Counted from the stretch's first letter, positions 1-13,495 are shown. The stretch: DNA of 64,000 bases from an uncultured Gemmatimonadales bacterium (GCA_963847895.1 CAWKBO010000006.1:83451-147450); one strand, 5' to 3'. A program made the numbers and translations. The notes: generated by a model from the sequence alone, not told the origin.

Positions 1-173
1 CCACCGGCCGAATCCCGGAATCCATTGAGCAGGTGGCAACTCCCGTGCCCTGCCCGGGAACACTGGCGGCTCCGGGCCCGAGGGGATCCGTGGGCCTTGG
101 CGGCGATCTCGGGGGCCGGCGTCGTCTCGCCCCCCAACCCCGAGCCGGCAGCGCAGCGCCGACCCCTGCCCCT

Positions 174-271
174 GGTTACCGGTTACCGGTCACCGGTCAC
201 CGGTCACCTGTCGCCTGTCGCCTGTCGCCTGTCGCCTGTCGCCTGTCGCCTGTCGCCTGTCACCCGTCACT
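174..271. repeat. Tandem heptanucleotide array, 14 units: GGTTACC x2, GGTCACC x3, TGTCGCC x7, TGTCACC, CGTCACT
   Basis: Read directly; strict 7-nt period. GGTNACC units are self-complementary. The same TGTCGCC unit recurs at 34363-34404. Confidence 0.9.
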
Positions 272-280
272 CATGCAGCC

Positions 281-309
281 TTGACCCCCGGCCGATGCCC
301 CGGTATCAT
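281..309 (+). promoter_or_regulatory. Sigma70-like promoter candidate upstream of rpsL (TTGACC - 17 nt - TATCAT)
   Basis: TTGACC at 281-286, 17-nt spacer, TATCAT at 304-309, 66 nt upstream of the rpsL ATG. Motif match only. Confidence 0.4.
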
Positions 310-320
310 TGGGGTCTGTC

Positions 321-353
321 GCCGATCCGGGCTTGCCGGGTCGGCCCTGTTTT
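321..353 (+). terminator. Terminator/attenuator-like hairpin in the rpsL leader
   Basis: 10-bp stem GCCGAUCCGG/CCGGGUCGGC (one G.U), 5-nt loop, then CCUGUUUU. It sits between the promoter-like motif and the rpsL start. Confidence 0.3.
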
Positions 354-374
354 GGGCTGCTCAAGCGGAAACTG

Positions 375-754
<380 letters not shown>

Positions 755-758
<4 letters not shown>

Positions 759-1225
759 GCCGCCGCAACAAGGCGGTCAAGCGGCTGGTGCCGCCCGATC
801 CGCGCTACGACTCGCAGACGGTGTCGAAGTTCGTCAGCAACCTGATGTTCGAGGGGAAGAAGTCGCTGGCGGAGTCGATCTTCTACAAGGCGATGGACCT
901 GATCGAGGAGCGCACCGGACAGGCGGGCGTCGCGGTCTTCAAGCAGGCCGTGAACAATGCCAAGCCGGCGGTCGAGGTGAAGAGCCGCCGGGTCGGGGGC
1001 GCCTCGCTCCAGGTGCCGGTCGAGGTGCGGCCCGAGCGGCGCACCGCGCTGGCGATGCGCTGGCTGATCTCCTTCGCACGGGCCCGCGGCGAGAAGACGA
1101 TGGCCGAGCGGCTGGCGGCGGAGCTGATCCTGGCGAGCAAGGGCGAGGGCAGCACCATCAAGAAGAAGGAAGACACGCACCGGATGGCCGAGGCCAACCG
1201 CGCGTTTGCACACTATAGGTGGTGA
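755..1225 (+). CDS. rpsG: 30S ribosomal protein S7
   Basis: [10 protein letters not shown]...; GTG start overlaps the rpsL stop (GTGA). Canonical position after rpsL. Confidence 0.95.
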
Positions 1226-1459
1226 GGTCGAGTGCTGATGGCTGAGTGGCTCACCGCCATCAGGACCCACGACGGGGTGAAATCGGAATCACGTGAGCAG
1301 GGAAGGTCCCTGACCCACCTCTGGTTCCTCGGACAAACGCCGGGATGTCCCATGGGCATCCCCGTCACGGCCTCCGGGCCGGACGAGGCGCGGAGCGATA
1401 CCGCGGGCCCAGGCCCGGCCCGGTCGCCCCGCTTTTCTGCTGGGAGTGGACGGACGACG

Positions 1460-3583
1460 ATGGCGCGCAAGCATCCAATCGAGCTGTACCGGAATATCGG
1501 CATCATGGCCCACATCGATGCCGGGAAGACCACGACGACCGAGCGGATCCTCTATTACACGGGGAAGTCGCACAAGATCGGCGAGGTCCATGACGGTGCC
1601 GCGACCATGGACTGGATGGAGCAGGAGCAGGAGCGGGGGATCACCATCACCTCCGCCGCCACGACCTGTTTCTGGATGCGCCATGGCGAGAGCGATGAGC
1701 AGGGGAGCGGGGCCGAGTACCGGATCAACATCATCGACACCCCGGGCCACGTCGACTTCACGGTCGAGGTCGAGCGCTCGCTGCGGGTGCTCGACGGCGC
1801 GGTCGCGCTGCTCGACTCGGTGGCCGGGGTGGAGCCGCAGACCGAGACCGTCTGGAAGCAGGCCGACCGCTACCGCGTCCCGCGGATGATCTTCTCGAAC
1901 AAGATGGACCGGGTCGGCGCCAACTTCGACCGCTGCGTCGCGATGATCCGCGACCGGCTCAGCAAGAAGGCGCATCCGATCCAGCTGCCGGTGGGCACCG
2001 GCGAGACCTTCACCGGGCACATCGACGTCGTCACCCGGCGCCAGTACATCTTCGACGACTCGACGATGGGCAAGCGGTTCCAGGTCGTCGATGCCCCGGC
2101 CGAATTCCACGACGTCATCGAGACGACCCGTCACGAGTTGATCGAGGCGGTGGTGGAGCACGACGAGGCGCTGATGGAGAAGTACCTCGGCGGCGAGGAA
2201 CTGAGCCACGACGAGATCCGCCTGGCGATCCGCAAGGCGACGCTGGCGCTCGAGTTCGTCCCGATCCTCTGCGGCGCCTCGTTCAAGAACAAGGGCGTCC
2301 AGGCGCTGCTCGACGCGGTGATCGACTTCTTCCCGAGTCCGCTCGACGTGCCGGCGATCGTGGGCCACGCGCCCGACGACGAGCTGCACGTGGTCGAGCG
2401 GCACGCCGACGACAGCGAGCCCTTCAGCGCCCTCGCGTTCAAGGTGGCGACCGACCCGTTCGTCGGCCGGCTGACCTTCTTCCGGGTCTACTCGGGGAAG
2501 TTCTCCTCGGGCAGCTACGTGTACAACGCGACCAAGGACAAGAAGGAGCGGGTCGGCCGCCTGCTGCAGATGCACGCCAACAAGCGCGAGGAGATCGAGG
2601 AAGTGCTCGCGGGTGACATCGGCGCGGCGATCGGCCTCAAGGACACCCGGACCGGCGACACGCTCTGCGACGAGGACTCGCCGGTCATCCTCGAGGCGAT
2701 GAAGTTCCCCGAGCCGGTCATCGACGTGGCGATCGAGCCGAAGTCGAAGGCCGACCAGGACAAGCTGTCGATCGCCCTGCAGAAGCTGAGCGAGGAAGAT
2801 CCCACCTTCCGGGTCCGCAGCGATGCCGAGACCGGCCAGGTCATCATCGCCGGGATGGGCGAGCTGCACCTCGAGGTGCTGGTCGACCGGATGAAGCGCG
2901 AGTTCAAGGTCGAGGCCAACGTCGGCCGGCCGCAGGTCGCGTTCCGCGAGACGATCACCAAGCGGGTCGAGCAGGTCGAGGGGAAGTTCATCCGCCAGTC
3001 GGGCGGCAAGGGCCAGTACGGCCATGTGGTGATCAACGCCGAGCCCGGCGAGACCGGCTCCGGGTTCACCTTCGAGGACAAGATCGTCGGCGGCGTGATC
3101 CCGCGGGAGTTCATCAAGCCGGTCGAGGCGGGGATCCGCGAGGCGCTGGAGAACGGCATCATTGCCGGCTATCCGATGGTCGATGTCAAGGTGCAGCTGG
3201 TCTACGGCTCCTACCACGACGTCGACTCGAGCGAGACGGCGTTCAAGATCGCCGGCTCCATGGCGATCAAGGACGCGGTGCGCTCGGCGGGCGGCGTGAT
3301 CCTCGAGCCGATCATGGACGTCGAAGTGGTGGTGCCCGAGGACTTCCTCGGCTCGGTCATCGGTGACCTCTCGTCGCGTCGCGGCAAGGTCGGCGGGATG
3401 AGCCAGCGGGGCGAGTCGCAGGTCGTGACCGCGCACGTGCCGCTGGCCGAGATGTTCGGCTACTCGACGTCGCTGCGGAGCGCGACCCAGGGCCGCGCGG
3501 TGTACACGATGCAGTTCCATCACTACGAGGAAGTGCCGAAGAACGTCGCCGAGCAGATCATCGCCAAGGCGGCCGCGAGGTAG
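1460..3583 (+). CDS. fusA: Elongation factor G
   Basis: [51 protein letters not shown] at 1460 inside ORF 1232..3583, giving a 235-nt spacer after rpsG. Confidence 0.96.
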   Translation: MARKHPIELYRNIGIMAHIDAGKTTTTERILYYTGKSHKIGEVHDGAATMDWMEQEQERGITITSAATTCFWMRHGESDEQGSGAEYRINIIDTPGHVDFTVEVERSLRVLDGAVALLDSVAGVEPQTETVWKQADRYRVPRMIFSNKMDRVGANFDRCVAMIRDRLSKKAHPIQLPVGTGETFTGHIDVVTRRQYIFDDSTMGKRFQVVDAPAEFHDVIETTRHELIEAVVEHDEALMEKYLGGEELSHDEIRLAIRKATLALEFVPILCGASFKNKGVQALLDAVIDFFPSPLDVPAIVGHAPDDELHVVERHADDSEPFSALAFKVATDPFVGRLTFFRVYSGKFSSGSYVYNATKDKKERVGRLLQMHANKREEIEEVLAGDIGAAIGLKDTRTGDTLCDEDSPVILEAMKFPEPVIDVAIEPKSKADQDKLSIALQKLSEEDPTFRVRSDAETGQVIIAGMGELHLEVLVDRMKREFKVEANVGRPQVAFRETITKRVEQVEGKFIRQSGGKGQYGHVVINAEPGETGSGFTFEDKIVGGVIPREFIKPVEAGIREALENGIIAGYPMVDVKVQLVYGSYHDVDSSETAFKIAGSMAIKDAVRSAGGVILEPIMDVEVVVPEDFLGSVIGDLSSRRGKVGGMSQRGESQVVTAHVPLAEMFGYSTSLRSATQGRAVYTMQFHHYEEVPKNVAEQIIAKAAAR

Positions 3584-3681
3584 CTGCCGCGCTGGCGCGG
3601 CAAACGACACGACAGCGAACGGGTGGTGCCGCCACGCGGCGCCGCAATGGATCAACCGGGTACCACACGAGGAACGTCGCA

Positions 3682-4883
<1,202 letters not shown>

Positions 4884-4884
<1 letters not shown>

Positions 4885-4939
4885 GTCGATGGTCGAGGGC
4901 TGATGGTCGATCGACGATCGACCATCGACGATCGACCCC
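4884..4939. repeat. Heptamer-array hairpin: GGTCGAT-type units facing CGACCAT/CGACGAT units
   Basis: Eight consecutive 7-nt units. Left units are the reverse complement of right units (TGATGGTCGAT / ATCGACCATCG, 10 of 11). Lies between tuf and rpsJ. Confidence 0.8.
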
Positions 4940-4999
4940 AACGCGACAGTGGCCCGGCCGAGGGTGCCGGCTCATGATGCGCAACGAACGAGGACACTG

Positions 5000-5308
5000 A
5001 TGGCGGGCAAGATCCGCATCCGCCTCAAGGCGTTCGACCACGTGGTGCTCGACCAGGCCGCGGCGGACATCGTGCGCACGGCGGAAAAGACCGGCGCCCA
5101 GATCTCCGGGCCGATCCCGCTCCCGGTGAAGATGGAGCGGTGGACGGTGCTGCGCTCGCCGCACGTGGACAAGAAGAGCCGTGAGCAGTTCGAGCTGCGC
5201 ACCCACAAGCGCCTGCTCGACATCCACGACTCGCGACCCCAGACGATGGACGCGCTGACGAAGCTGGACCTGCCGGCGGGCGTGGACGTCGAGATCAAGG
5301 TCGAATAG
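5000..5308 (+). CDS. rpsJ: 30S ribosomal protein S10
   Basis: [21 protein letters not shown]...; ATG at 5000 inside ORF 4949..5308. Confidence 0.96.
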   Translation: MAGKIRIRLKAFDHVVLDQAAADIVRTAEKTGAQISGPIPLPVKMERWTVLRSPHVDKKSREQFELRTHKRLLDIHDSRPQTMDALTKLDLPAGVDVEIKVE

Positions 5309-5310
5309 CC

Positions 5311-5937
5311 ATGGCGAGCAACGGACTGATCGGTCGCAAGCTCGGGATGACCCGGGTCTTCGCCGAGGACGGCACCGCGGTGCCGGTGACGGTGATCGAG
5401 GCCGGGCCCTGCCCGGTGCTCCAGGTGCGCGACGACCAGGTGCAGCTCGGCTGGGGCCGCAAGAAGGCGCTGCGCTCCTCGCGGGCCGAACTGGGCCACG
5501 CCGCCCGGGCCGGGGTCGATCACGCCCCGCAGGTGGTGCGCACCTTCGCGGCGGCCGGCGACGGGGTCGAGCCGGGCGCGCTGGTGACGGTGGCGATGTT
5601 CACCGAGGGCGAGCTGGTCAAGGTGACCGGGACGTCGAAGGGGCGGGGGTTCCAGGGCGTCGTGCACCGGCACGGTTTCGGTGGCGGCCCCGGCTCGCAC
5701 GGCAACACCCGGCATCGCAAGCCGGGTTCGATCGGGCCAGGCACCGACCCATCGCGGGTCATCAAGGGCAAGAAGATGCCGGGGCATCACGGCGCGGCGC
5801 GGCACACCGAGCTGGGCCTCCGGATCGTCAGGGTCGACGCGGAGCGGAACCTGCTCTTCGTGCGCGGGGCGGTTCCCGGCTCGAAGAATGGCATCGTCAC
5901 CGTCGCCAGGCAGGGGGGGAGGAGCCGCCATGATTGA
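5311..5937 (+). CDS. rplC: 50S ribosomal protein L3
   Basis: GLIGRKLGMTRVF...KGRGFQGVVHRHGF; S10-operon order. Confidence 0.95.
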   Translation: MASNGLIGRKLGMTRVFAEDGTAVPVTVIEAGPCPVLQVRDDQVQLGWGRKKALRSSRAELGHAARAGVDHAPQVVRTFAAAGDGVEPGALVTVAMFTEGELVKVTGTSKGRGFQGVVHRHGFGGGPGSHGNTRHRKPGSIGPGTDPSRVIKGKKMPGHHGAARHTELGLRIVRVDAERNLLFVRGAVPGSKNGIVTVARQGGRSRHD

Positions 5938-6595
5938 GGCCCCGCATTACAGCGCAGCTGGCAAGAAGCACGGGACCGCGTTCGCGCTGCCGGCCGAGCC
6001 GTTCGACGGCACCGTCAACGAGGCGGTGCTGCACCAGGCGGTGACCAGCTATCTCGCCAACCAGCGCCAGGGAACGGCCAAGGTGAAGCGCCGGCAGGAG
6101 GTCTCCGGCGGCAACCAGAAGCCGTGGCGGCAGAAGGGCACCGGCCGGGCCCGTCAGGGAACCACCCGGGCGCCGCACTGGCGCGGCGGTGGCGTGGTCT
6201 TCGGGCCGGCGCCGCGTGACTATCGCATCGACCTGCCCAAGAAGGTCCGCCAACTGGCGCGCCGCTCGGCCTTCAACGCCCGGGCGCGCGAGGGGATGGT
6301 CCGGGTGGTCGATCCGATCGCGATGGAGGCGCCCAAGACCAAGGCGCTGCTGGCGCTGCTCGACAAGCTGGGGCTGACCGGGACGCGCACGCTGATCCTG
6401 ACGGCCGCCCCGTCGACCACGGTCCACCTGTCGGCCCGCAACGTTCCGGGGCTCACGGTCCGGCCGTTCGCCGACGTGACCGCCTACGAGATCCTGCATG
6501 CCGAGGTGCTGGTCATCGAGAGCAGCGCGCTCGGGGCCGAGGACGCCCCGGCCACCGCGCCGCGGCGCCGCGCGACCAAGAAGGAGAGTGCCTGA
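5930..6595 (+). CDS. rplD: 50S ribosomal protein L4
   Basis: [35 protein letters not shown]; ATG at 5930 overlaps the rplC end. Confidence 0.94.
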   Translation: MIEAPHYSAAGKKHGTAFALPAEPFDGTVNEAVLHQAVTSYLANQRQGTAKVKRRQEVSGGNQKPWRQKGTGRARQGTTRAPHWRGGGVVFGPAPRDYRIDLPKKVRQLARRSAFNARAREGMVRVVDPIAMEAPKTKALLALLDKLGLTGTRTLILTAAPSTTVHLSARNVPGLTVRPFADVTAYEILHAEVLVIESSALGAEDAPATAPRRRATKKESA

Positions 6596-6882
6596 TGGCC
6601 GACCTCCATCAGATCGTGGTGAAGCCGCTGATCACCGAGAAGAGTTCGCTCGCCTGGCAGCAGCGCGGCGAGTACACCTTCGAGGTGCATCCGGAGGCCA
6701 CCAAGCCGCAGATCCGTGCCGCCCTCCTCGAGCACTTCGGGGTGCATGCGGTGTCGGTGCGGACCATGCAGATGCGCCGCATCGCGGTGGCCCGGGCGCG
6801 GACGCGCGGGGTCACGCCGCGCTGGAAGAAGGCCATCGTCACGCTGCAGGACGGCGAGTCGCTCGCCGTGTTCGAGGGCTGA
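6595..6882 (+). CDS. rplW: 50S ribosomal protein L23
   Basis: [12 protein letters not shown]...; position between rplD and rplB. Confidence 0.93.
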   Translation: MADLHQIVVKPLITEKSSLAWQQRGEYTFEVHPEATKPQIRAALLEHFGVHAVSVRTMQMRRIAVARARTRGVTPRWKKAIVTLQDGESLAVFEG

Positions 6883-6883
6883 G

Positions 6884-7722
<839 letters not shown>

Positions 7723-7723
<1 letters not shown>

Positions 7724-8010
7724 TGGCGCGAAGCATCCGGAAGGGCCCCTTCGTCCAGCAGGCACTGCTCGACAAGGTGTCGGCCCAAAACGAGCGGAAC
7801 GACAAGAAGGTGATCAAGACCTGGAGCCGGGCGAGCACCATCCTGCCCGAGTTCGTGGGTCACACCTTCGCGGTGCACAACGGCAACAAGTTCGTGCCGG
7901 TGTACGTCTCTGAGAACATGGTCGGGCACAAGCTCGGGGAGTTCGCCCCGACGCGGCTCTTCCGCGGCCACAGCGGCAAGCTGGTGGCCGACAAGAAGGC
8001 GAAGGCCTGA
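7723..8010 (+). CDS. rpsS: 30S ribosomal protein S19
   Basis: [11 protein letters not shown]...[17 protein letters not shown]; TAATG overlap with rplB. Confidence 0.96.
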
Positions 8011-8012
8011 CC

Positions 8013-8387
8013 ATGCGAGGCTATGCGATCCAGCGGTGGGTCCGCCAGTCGCCGCGCAAGATGCGGCTGGTGGTCGACCTGATCCGCGGCAAGAACGTCA
8101 ATGAGGCCTACGCCATCCTGCAGTTCAACAAGAAGCAGGCGGCGCGGCAGATCGCCAAGACGCTGAAGTCGGCGGTGGCGAACGCCGAGCAGCACGCGGC
8201 CCGCGACAACGAGGCGTTCGACCTCGACGCGCTCGTCGTGGTGGACGTCCAGGTCGACATGGGGGCGCCGCTGAAGCGCTTCACCGCGGCCGCGCAGGGC
8301 CGGGCCACGCCGATCCGGAAGCCGACCAGCCACGTGAAGATCGCGGTGGCCGAGAAGCCCGCGAAGAAGAAGAAGGGGGCGAAGTAA
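8013..8387 (+). CDS. rplV: 50S ribosomal protein L22
   Basis: [23 protein letters not shown]...; operon order. Confidence 0.94.
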   Translation: MRGYAIQRWVRQSPRKMRLVVDLIRGKNVNEAYAILQFNKKQAARQIAKTLKSAVANAEQHAARDNEAFDLDALVVVDVQVDMGAPLKRFTAAAQGRATPIRKPTSHVKIAVAEKPAKKKKGAK

Positions 8388-9064
8388 TGGGACAGAAGAC
8401 CCATCCGGTCGGGTTCCGGCTCGGGATCACGCGCCAGGCGATGTCGCGGTGGTATGCCGGCAAGACGATGCCGGCGCTGCTCGGCGAGGATCGCCTGATC
8501 CGCGACTACATCCAGAAGCGGCTCGGGCACGCGGCGATTGCCGAGGTCCACATCGAGCGCAAGCCGGGGAAGGTGACCATCACCATCCACACCGGCCGGC
8601 CCGGCGTGGTGATCGGCAAGAAGGGCGCCGAGGTCGACAAGCTGCGCGAGGAACTGGCGCTGGTGCTCGAGCGGCACAGCGGCGCACCGCGCGAGGTGGC
8701 GGTCAACGTCGAGGAGATCAAGCGGCCGGAGATCTCCGCCAAGCTGGTCGCCGACAACATCGCCGCCCAGCTGGTGCAGCGGATCTCGTTCCGCCGGGCG
8801 ATGAAGCGCGCGGTCCAGAGCGCGATGCGGATGGGTGCGCAGGGGATCCGGGTGCGCGCGTCGGGGCGCCTGGGTGGCGCCGAGATCGCACGGACCGAGG
8901 GATACCGGGAGGGGCGGGTGCCGCTCCACACCCTGCGGGCCGACATCGACTACGCGACCAGCACGGCCAAGACCACCTACGGGACGATCGGGATCAAGGT
9001 CTGGATCTTCCGCGGTGAGGTGGTCGAGGACGTCGCCGGCCGCACCTACAGCACGGGGAGCTGA
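8387..9064 (+). CDS. rpsC: 30S ribosomal protein S3
   Basis: [14 protein letters not shown]...[12 protein letters not shown]. Confidence 0.97.
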   Translation: MGQKTHPVGFRLGITRQAMSRWYAGKTMPALLGEDRLIRDYIQKRLGHAAIAEVHIERKPGKVTITIHTGRPGVVIGKKGAEVDKLREELALVLERHSGAPREVAVNVEEIKRPEISAKLVADNIAAQLVQRISFRRAMKRAVQSAMRMGAQGIRVRASGRLGGAEIARTEGYREGRVPLHTLRADIDYATSTAKTTYGTIGIKVWIFRGEVVEDVAGRTYSTGS

Positions 9065-9069
9065 CGGCC

Positions 9070-9482
<413 letters not shown>

Positions 9483-9483
<1 letters not shown>

Positions 9484-9680
9484 TGCTGGAAGCAACCGAC
9501 CTGCGCGAGCTGTCGGCCGAGGAGCTCGAGGCCAGGCTGGCCGAGCTCAAGGCGGCCCGGCTCAAGCTCTCGTTCCGCTCGGCCACCGAGTCGATCGAGA
9601 ATCCCATGGAGTTCCGGACGCTGCGTCGCGACATCGCGCGGGTGCAGACGATCCTGGGCGAGAAGGCGCGCGAGGGCTGA
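9483..9680 (+). CDS. rpmC: 50S ribosomal protein L29
   Basis: LRELSAEELEARLAELKAARLKLSFR; ATG at 9483 overlaps the rplP stop. Confidence 0.9.
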
Positions 9681-9687
9681 GGAACCG

Positions 9688-9966
9688 ATGACCGACGAGA
9701 CGACGACGACGGCTGGCGAGCGCGCCGCCCGGAAGACCCGAGTGGGCGTGGTGGTGAGCGACGCGATGGAGAAGACGGTGACCGTCCTCCTGACCCGGCG
9801 CTTCACGCACCCGAAGTACGGCAAGCAGATCACGCGCAGCACCAAGGTGAAGGCCCGCAACGAGCACGAGGCGAAGGCGGGCGACACCGTGCGCATCATG
9901 GAGACCCGACCGCTGGCGAAGACCGTTCGCTGGCGCACCGTCGCGGTCGTCGAGCGGGCCAAGTAG
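9688..9966 (+). CDS. rpsQ: 30S ribosomal protein S17
   Basis: GVVVSDAMEKTVTVLL...HPKYGK...H.EAKAGDTVRIMETRPL. Confidence 0.93.
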   Translation: MTDETTTTAGERAARKTRVGVVVSDAMEKTVTVLLTRRFTHPKYGKQITRSTKVKARNEHEAKAGDTVRIMETRPLAKTVRWRTVAVVERAK

Positions 9967-9984
9967 GCCCCGGGGGAACGAGCG

Positions 9985-10353
9985 ATGGTGCAGCAGGAGA
10001 GCATTCTCAAGATTGCGGACAACTCCGGCGCCAGGAAGGCGCTGGTGATCCGCGTGCTGGGCGGGTCGCGCCGGCGCTATGCCTCCCTTGGCGACAAGGT
10101 GGTCGTGGCGATCAAGGACGCGATCCCGACCGGCCAGGTGAAGAAGGGCGACGTGGCGAAGGCCGTGATCGTCCGGACCGCGAAGGAGGTCCGCCGCAAG
10201 GACGGATCGTACATCCGGTTCGACGAGAACGCCGCCGTCCTCATCGATGACAAGGGCGAGCCCCGGGCGACCCGCATCTTCGGGCCCGTGGCGCGCGAAC
10301 TGCGCGAGAAGCGGTACATGAAGATCGTCTCGCTCGCGCCGGAGGTGCTCTGA
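9985..10353 (+). CDS. rplN: 50S ribosomal protein L14
   Basis: [18 protein letters not shown]...IRFDENA...GPVAREL. Confidence 0.97.
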   Translation: MVQQESILKIADNSGARKALVIRVLGGSRRRYASLGDKVVVAIKDAIPTGQVKKGDVAKAVIVRTAKEVRRKDGSYIRFDENAAVLIDDKGEPRATRIFGPVARELREKRYMKIVSLAPEVL

Positions 10354-10354
10354 C

Positions 10355-10738
10355 ATGAAGCCGCTCGTGCACCGCAAGGCGGCCCGCATCCGCACCCAGG
10401 CCACCCCGGAGCGGAAGAAGCTCCACATCACCAAGGGCGACATCGTCCAGGTGATCCGGGGTGACGACAAGGGCAAGCGCGGCACCGTGCTCCGGGTCTT
10501 CCCGAAGACCGGCCGCGTGGTGGTCGAGGGAATCAACCTCGCCAAGCGGCACCGCAAGGCGACCCAGACCGCGGAGGCCGGGATCGTGACCTTCCCGGCC
10601 CCGATGGACCATTCGAAGGTGATGCTGATCGACCCGAAGACCGACGCGCCGACCCGCGTCCGGCGGCGCAAGGATGCCGACGGCACGCTGGAGCGGATCG
10701 CGGTCCGGTCGGGCGATGCCATCCCGAGGAACCGCTGA
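10355..10738 (+). CDS. rplX: 50S ribosomal protein L24
   Basis: [22 protein letters not shown] (KOW motif); operon order. Confidence 0.92.
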   Translation: MKPLVHRKAARIRTQATPERKKLHITKGDIVQVIRGDDKGKRGTVLRVFPKTGRVVVEGINLAKRHRKATQTAEAGIVTFPAPMDHSKVMLIDPKTDAPTRVRRRKDADGTLERIAVRSGDAIPRNR

Positions 10739-10740
10739 CG

Positions 10741-11436
10741 ATGGCGACGAAGACCACCAAGGGCGGCGCCGCCGCCCCGAAGACCAAGGCCGCGAAGTCG
10801 GCCGCCGCCGGCGGGAAGGGTGCCGCGTCGACCCTCCCGGTCGACGAGGCGCCGCGGGCCAGCATCGGCAAGCCCCGGCTGCAGCGGTACTACGAGGACA
10901 CGATCCGGGGCCGGCTGGCCAAGGAGTTCGGGCTCTCCAATCCGAACCAGGTGCCCCGGCTCACCAAGATCGTCCTCAACGTCGGCCTCGGCGAGGCGGC
11001 CAAGACCCCGCGCCTCGTCGAGGTGGCGGTCGAGGAGCTGGCCCAGGTGACCGGGCAGCGTGCCGTCGTGACCCGGGCCAAGAAGGCGATCGCCAACTTC
11101 GGCCTCCGGGCCGGGATGCCGGTCGGCGCCCGCGTGACGCTGCGCGGCGCCCGGATGTACGAGTTCCTGGACCGCTTCATCGCCCTGGCGATTCCCCGCA
11201 TCCGCGATTTCCGCGGGCTGCCGACCCGCTCGTTCGACGGGCGCGGGAGCTACACCTTCGGTGTGAAGGAACAGATGATCTTTCCCGAGGTCGACTACGA
11301 CAAGGTCGAGCAGGTGCACGGGATGGACATCACCCTGGTGACCACGGCAGGCCGCGATGACCTCGCGATGGCGCTGCTTCGCGAGTTCGGCTGGCCGTTC
11401 CGGGGCGAGACACCGTTGTCGCTCCAGCTGGCCTGA
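10741..11436 (+). CDS. rplE: 50S ribosomal protein L5 with a ~45-50 aa Lys/Ala-rich N-terminal extension
   Basis: PRLQRYYEDTIRGRLAKEFG...GMDITLVTTA. The start at 10741 is the first ATG; a later internal start cannot be excluded. Confidence 0.9.
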   Translation: MATKTTKGGAAAPKTKAAKSAAAGGKGAASTLPVDEAPRASIGKPRLQRYYEDTIRGRLAKEFGLSNPNQVPRLTKIVLNVGLGEAAKTPRLVEVAVEELAQVTGQRAVVTRAKKAIANFGLRAGMPVGARVTLRGARMYEFLDRFIALAIPRIRDFRGLPTRSFDGRGSYTFGVKEQMIFPEVDYDKVEQVHGMDITLVTTAGRDDLAMALLREFGWPFRGETPLSLQLA

Positions 11437-11446
11437 GGAGAGACGC

Positions 11447-11842
11447 ATGAGCATGACTGATCCGGTCGCGGATATGCTGACCCGCATCCGCAACGCCTGC
11501 TCGGCTGGGCACAAGCGCGTGGACATCCCCGCGTCGAAGCTCAAGGCCGAGTTCGCCCGGTTGCTGCGGGACAACCACTACATCGCCGACTACCGGGTGC
11601 TCGAGGACGGCCCGGCGGGGACGCTGCGACTGTACCTGAAGTACCACAACGAGCTGCCGGTGATTCGCGCCCTCCAGCGCGTCTCGACCCCGGGACTGCG
11701 GCGCTACGTCAAGTGCCGCGAGATCCCGCGAGTCAAGAACGGCCTCGGCATCGCGATCGTCTCGACCCCCAAGGGGCTGATGACCGATCGCGAGGCGCGC
11801 TCGGCCAACCTGGGCGGCGAGCTCCTCGCCGTCGTCTGGTAA
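11447..11842 (+). CDS. rpsH: 30S ribosomal protein S8
   Basis: MSMTDPVADMLTRIRNA...; begins 10 nt after rplE, so no S14 gene lies between them. Confidence 0.95.
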   Translation: MSMTDPVADMLTRIRNACSAGHKRVDIPASKLKAEFARLLRDNHYIADYRVLEDGPAGTLRLYLKYHNELPVIRALQRVSTPGLRRYVKCREIPRVKNGLGIAIVSTPKGLMTDREARSANLGGELLAVVW

Positions 11843-11852
11843 GGGGACGGCG

Positions 11853-12392
11853 ATGTCGCGCATTGGCAAGAAGCCGATCGAACTGCCCAGCGGGGTGAGT
11901 GTCGCGATCGACGGTTCCACGGTGACCGTCACGGGGCCCAAGGGCACCCTGACGCGGACCCTGCCTGCCGAGATGCTGATCTCGGCCGAGGGGAACATCG
12001 TGACCGTCGGGCGGCCCAGCGAGGCCACCCGCCACAAGGCGCTCCACGGCCTGTCGCGGACCCTCGTCGCCAACATGGTGCAGGGGGTGTCGCAGGGGTA
12101 CATGAAGGCCCTCGAGTTGCAGGGCGTCGGCTACAAGGCCGAGCCGAAGCCGTTCGGCGTCAACCTGGTGGTGGGGCTCTCCCACCAGGTGGCGGTGAAG
12201 GCGCCCGACGGGATCAAGCTGGTGGTCGAGACCCCGACGCTGCTCAAGGTCGAGGGGATCGACAAGGAACTGGTGGGTCAGGTCGCCGCGGAGATCCGTG
12301 CGGTGCGGCCGCCCGAGCCCTACAAGGGCAAGGGGATCCGCTATCAGGGTGAACAGGTCCGCCGCAAGGCGGGCAAGACCGGAGCGAAGTAG
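11853..12392 (+). CDS. rplF: 50S ribosomal protein L6
   Basis: [15 protein letters not shown]...[11 protein letters not shown]. Confidence 0.96.
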   Translation: MSRIGKKPIELPSGVSVAIDGSTVTVTGPKGTLTRTLPAEMLISAEGNIVTVGRPSEATRHKALHGLSRTLVANMVQGVSQGYMKALELQGVGYKAEPKPFGVNLVVGLSHQVAVKAPDGIKLVVETPTLLKVEGIDKELVGQVAAEIRAVRPPEPYKGKGIRYQGEQVRRKAGKTGAK

Positions 12393-12764
12393 ATGCGGCC
12401 GATTCACAGCCCGAAGACCGAGCGCCAGCGGCGCTATCGCCGCCACCTCCGCGTGCGTCGGCGCGTCGCCGGCACCGCCGAGCGTCCCCGGCTGGTGGTC
12501 TTCCGCTCGCTCAAGCACATCTACGCCCAGCTGGTCGACGACGACCGCGGCGTGGCGCTGCTTGGCGTGGCGGACACCAGCGACGGGATCGCCATCGACG
12601 GTGCCGGCAAGACGGCCCGCGCCGTGGCGGTGGGCAAGCTGCTGGCCGACAAGGCCAAGGCGGCGGGGATCACCCGGGTGGTGTTCGACCGCGCCGGCTA
12701 CCAGTATCACGGCCGCGTGAAGGCGGTCGCCGACGGCGCCCGCGAGGGCGGATTGGAGTTCTGA
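12393..12764 (+). CDS. rplR: 50S ribosomal protein L18
   Basis: [30 protein letters not shown]...[24 protein letters not shown]. Confidence 0.96.
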   Translation: MRPIHSPKTERQRRYRRHLRVRRRVAGTAERPRLVVFRSLKHIYAQLVDDDRGVALLGVADTSDGIAIDGAGKTARAVAVGKLLADKAKAAGITRVVFDRAGYQYHGRVKAVADGAREGGLEF

Positions 12765-13492
12765 TGAGCGACGAGACGACAGCGGCCGGCAGCACGCCGG
12801 AGCAGGGCAGCGCGCCCGCCGCCGCCACCCCGAGTGCGCCCGCTCCCAGCGCCCCGAGCGCGCCCGCGCAGGGCCAGGGTCGCGGCGGTGGTCGCGGTCG
12901 GGGTGGTCAGGGTGGTCGCGGCGGCCAGGGTGGCCGCGGTGGCCGTGGCGGCCCCGGGCGAGGTCGCGATCGCCGTGACGACCGCGACGGCGACAAGGAC
13001 ACGGTCGAGAACGTGATCGCCATCAACCGCGTCGCCAAGGTGGTCAAGGGCGGCCGGCGGTTCTCGTTCAACGCCCTCGTGGCGGTCGGCGACGGCAAGG
13101 GCCGGGTCGGCATCGCCACCGGCAAGGCGAACGAGGTGGCCGAGGCGGTCCGCAAGGCGGTCGAGGCCGCCAAGCGCGCAATGCAGCTGATTCCCCGGAC
13201 CGGCTCGACGATCCCGCACGAGATCATCGGCGAGCACGGCGCCGGCCGCGTGCTGCTCAAGCCCGCCGCGAGCGGTACCGGCGTGATCGCCGGTGGCCCG
13301 GTGCGCGCGGTGCTCGAGTGCGCCGGGATCACCGACATCCTCACCAAGAGCCTCGGCTCGAACAATCCGCACAACATGGTGCGGGCCACGATGGACGGGC
13401 TCGCCGACCTGGTGTCGGTCGAGCGGGTGGCCCGCGAGCGCGGCATCGAGGTCGACCAGGTCGGCTACCGCGCCCGCCAGCAGGAGGGCTGA
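12764..13492 (+). CDS. rpsE: 30S ribosomal protein S5 with a ~75 aa N-terminal low-complexity (RGG-rich) extension
   Basis: Core [28 protein letters not shown]...; N-terminus carries [29 protein letters not shown]. Confidence 0.93.
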   Translation: MSDETTAAGSTPEQGSAPAAATPSAPAPSAPSAPAQGQGRGGGRGRGGQGGRGGQGGRGGRGGPGRGRDRRDDRDGDKDTVENVIAINRVAKVVKGGRRFSFNALVAVGDGKGRVGIATGKANEVAEAVRKAVEAAKRAMQLIPRTGSTIPHEIIGEHGAGRVLLKPAASGTGVIAGGPVRAVLECAGITDILTKSLGSNNPHNMVRATMDGLADLVSVERVARERGIEVDQVGYRARQQEG

Positions 13493-13495
13493 ACG

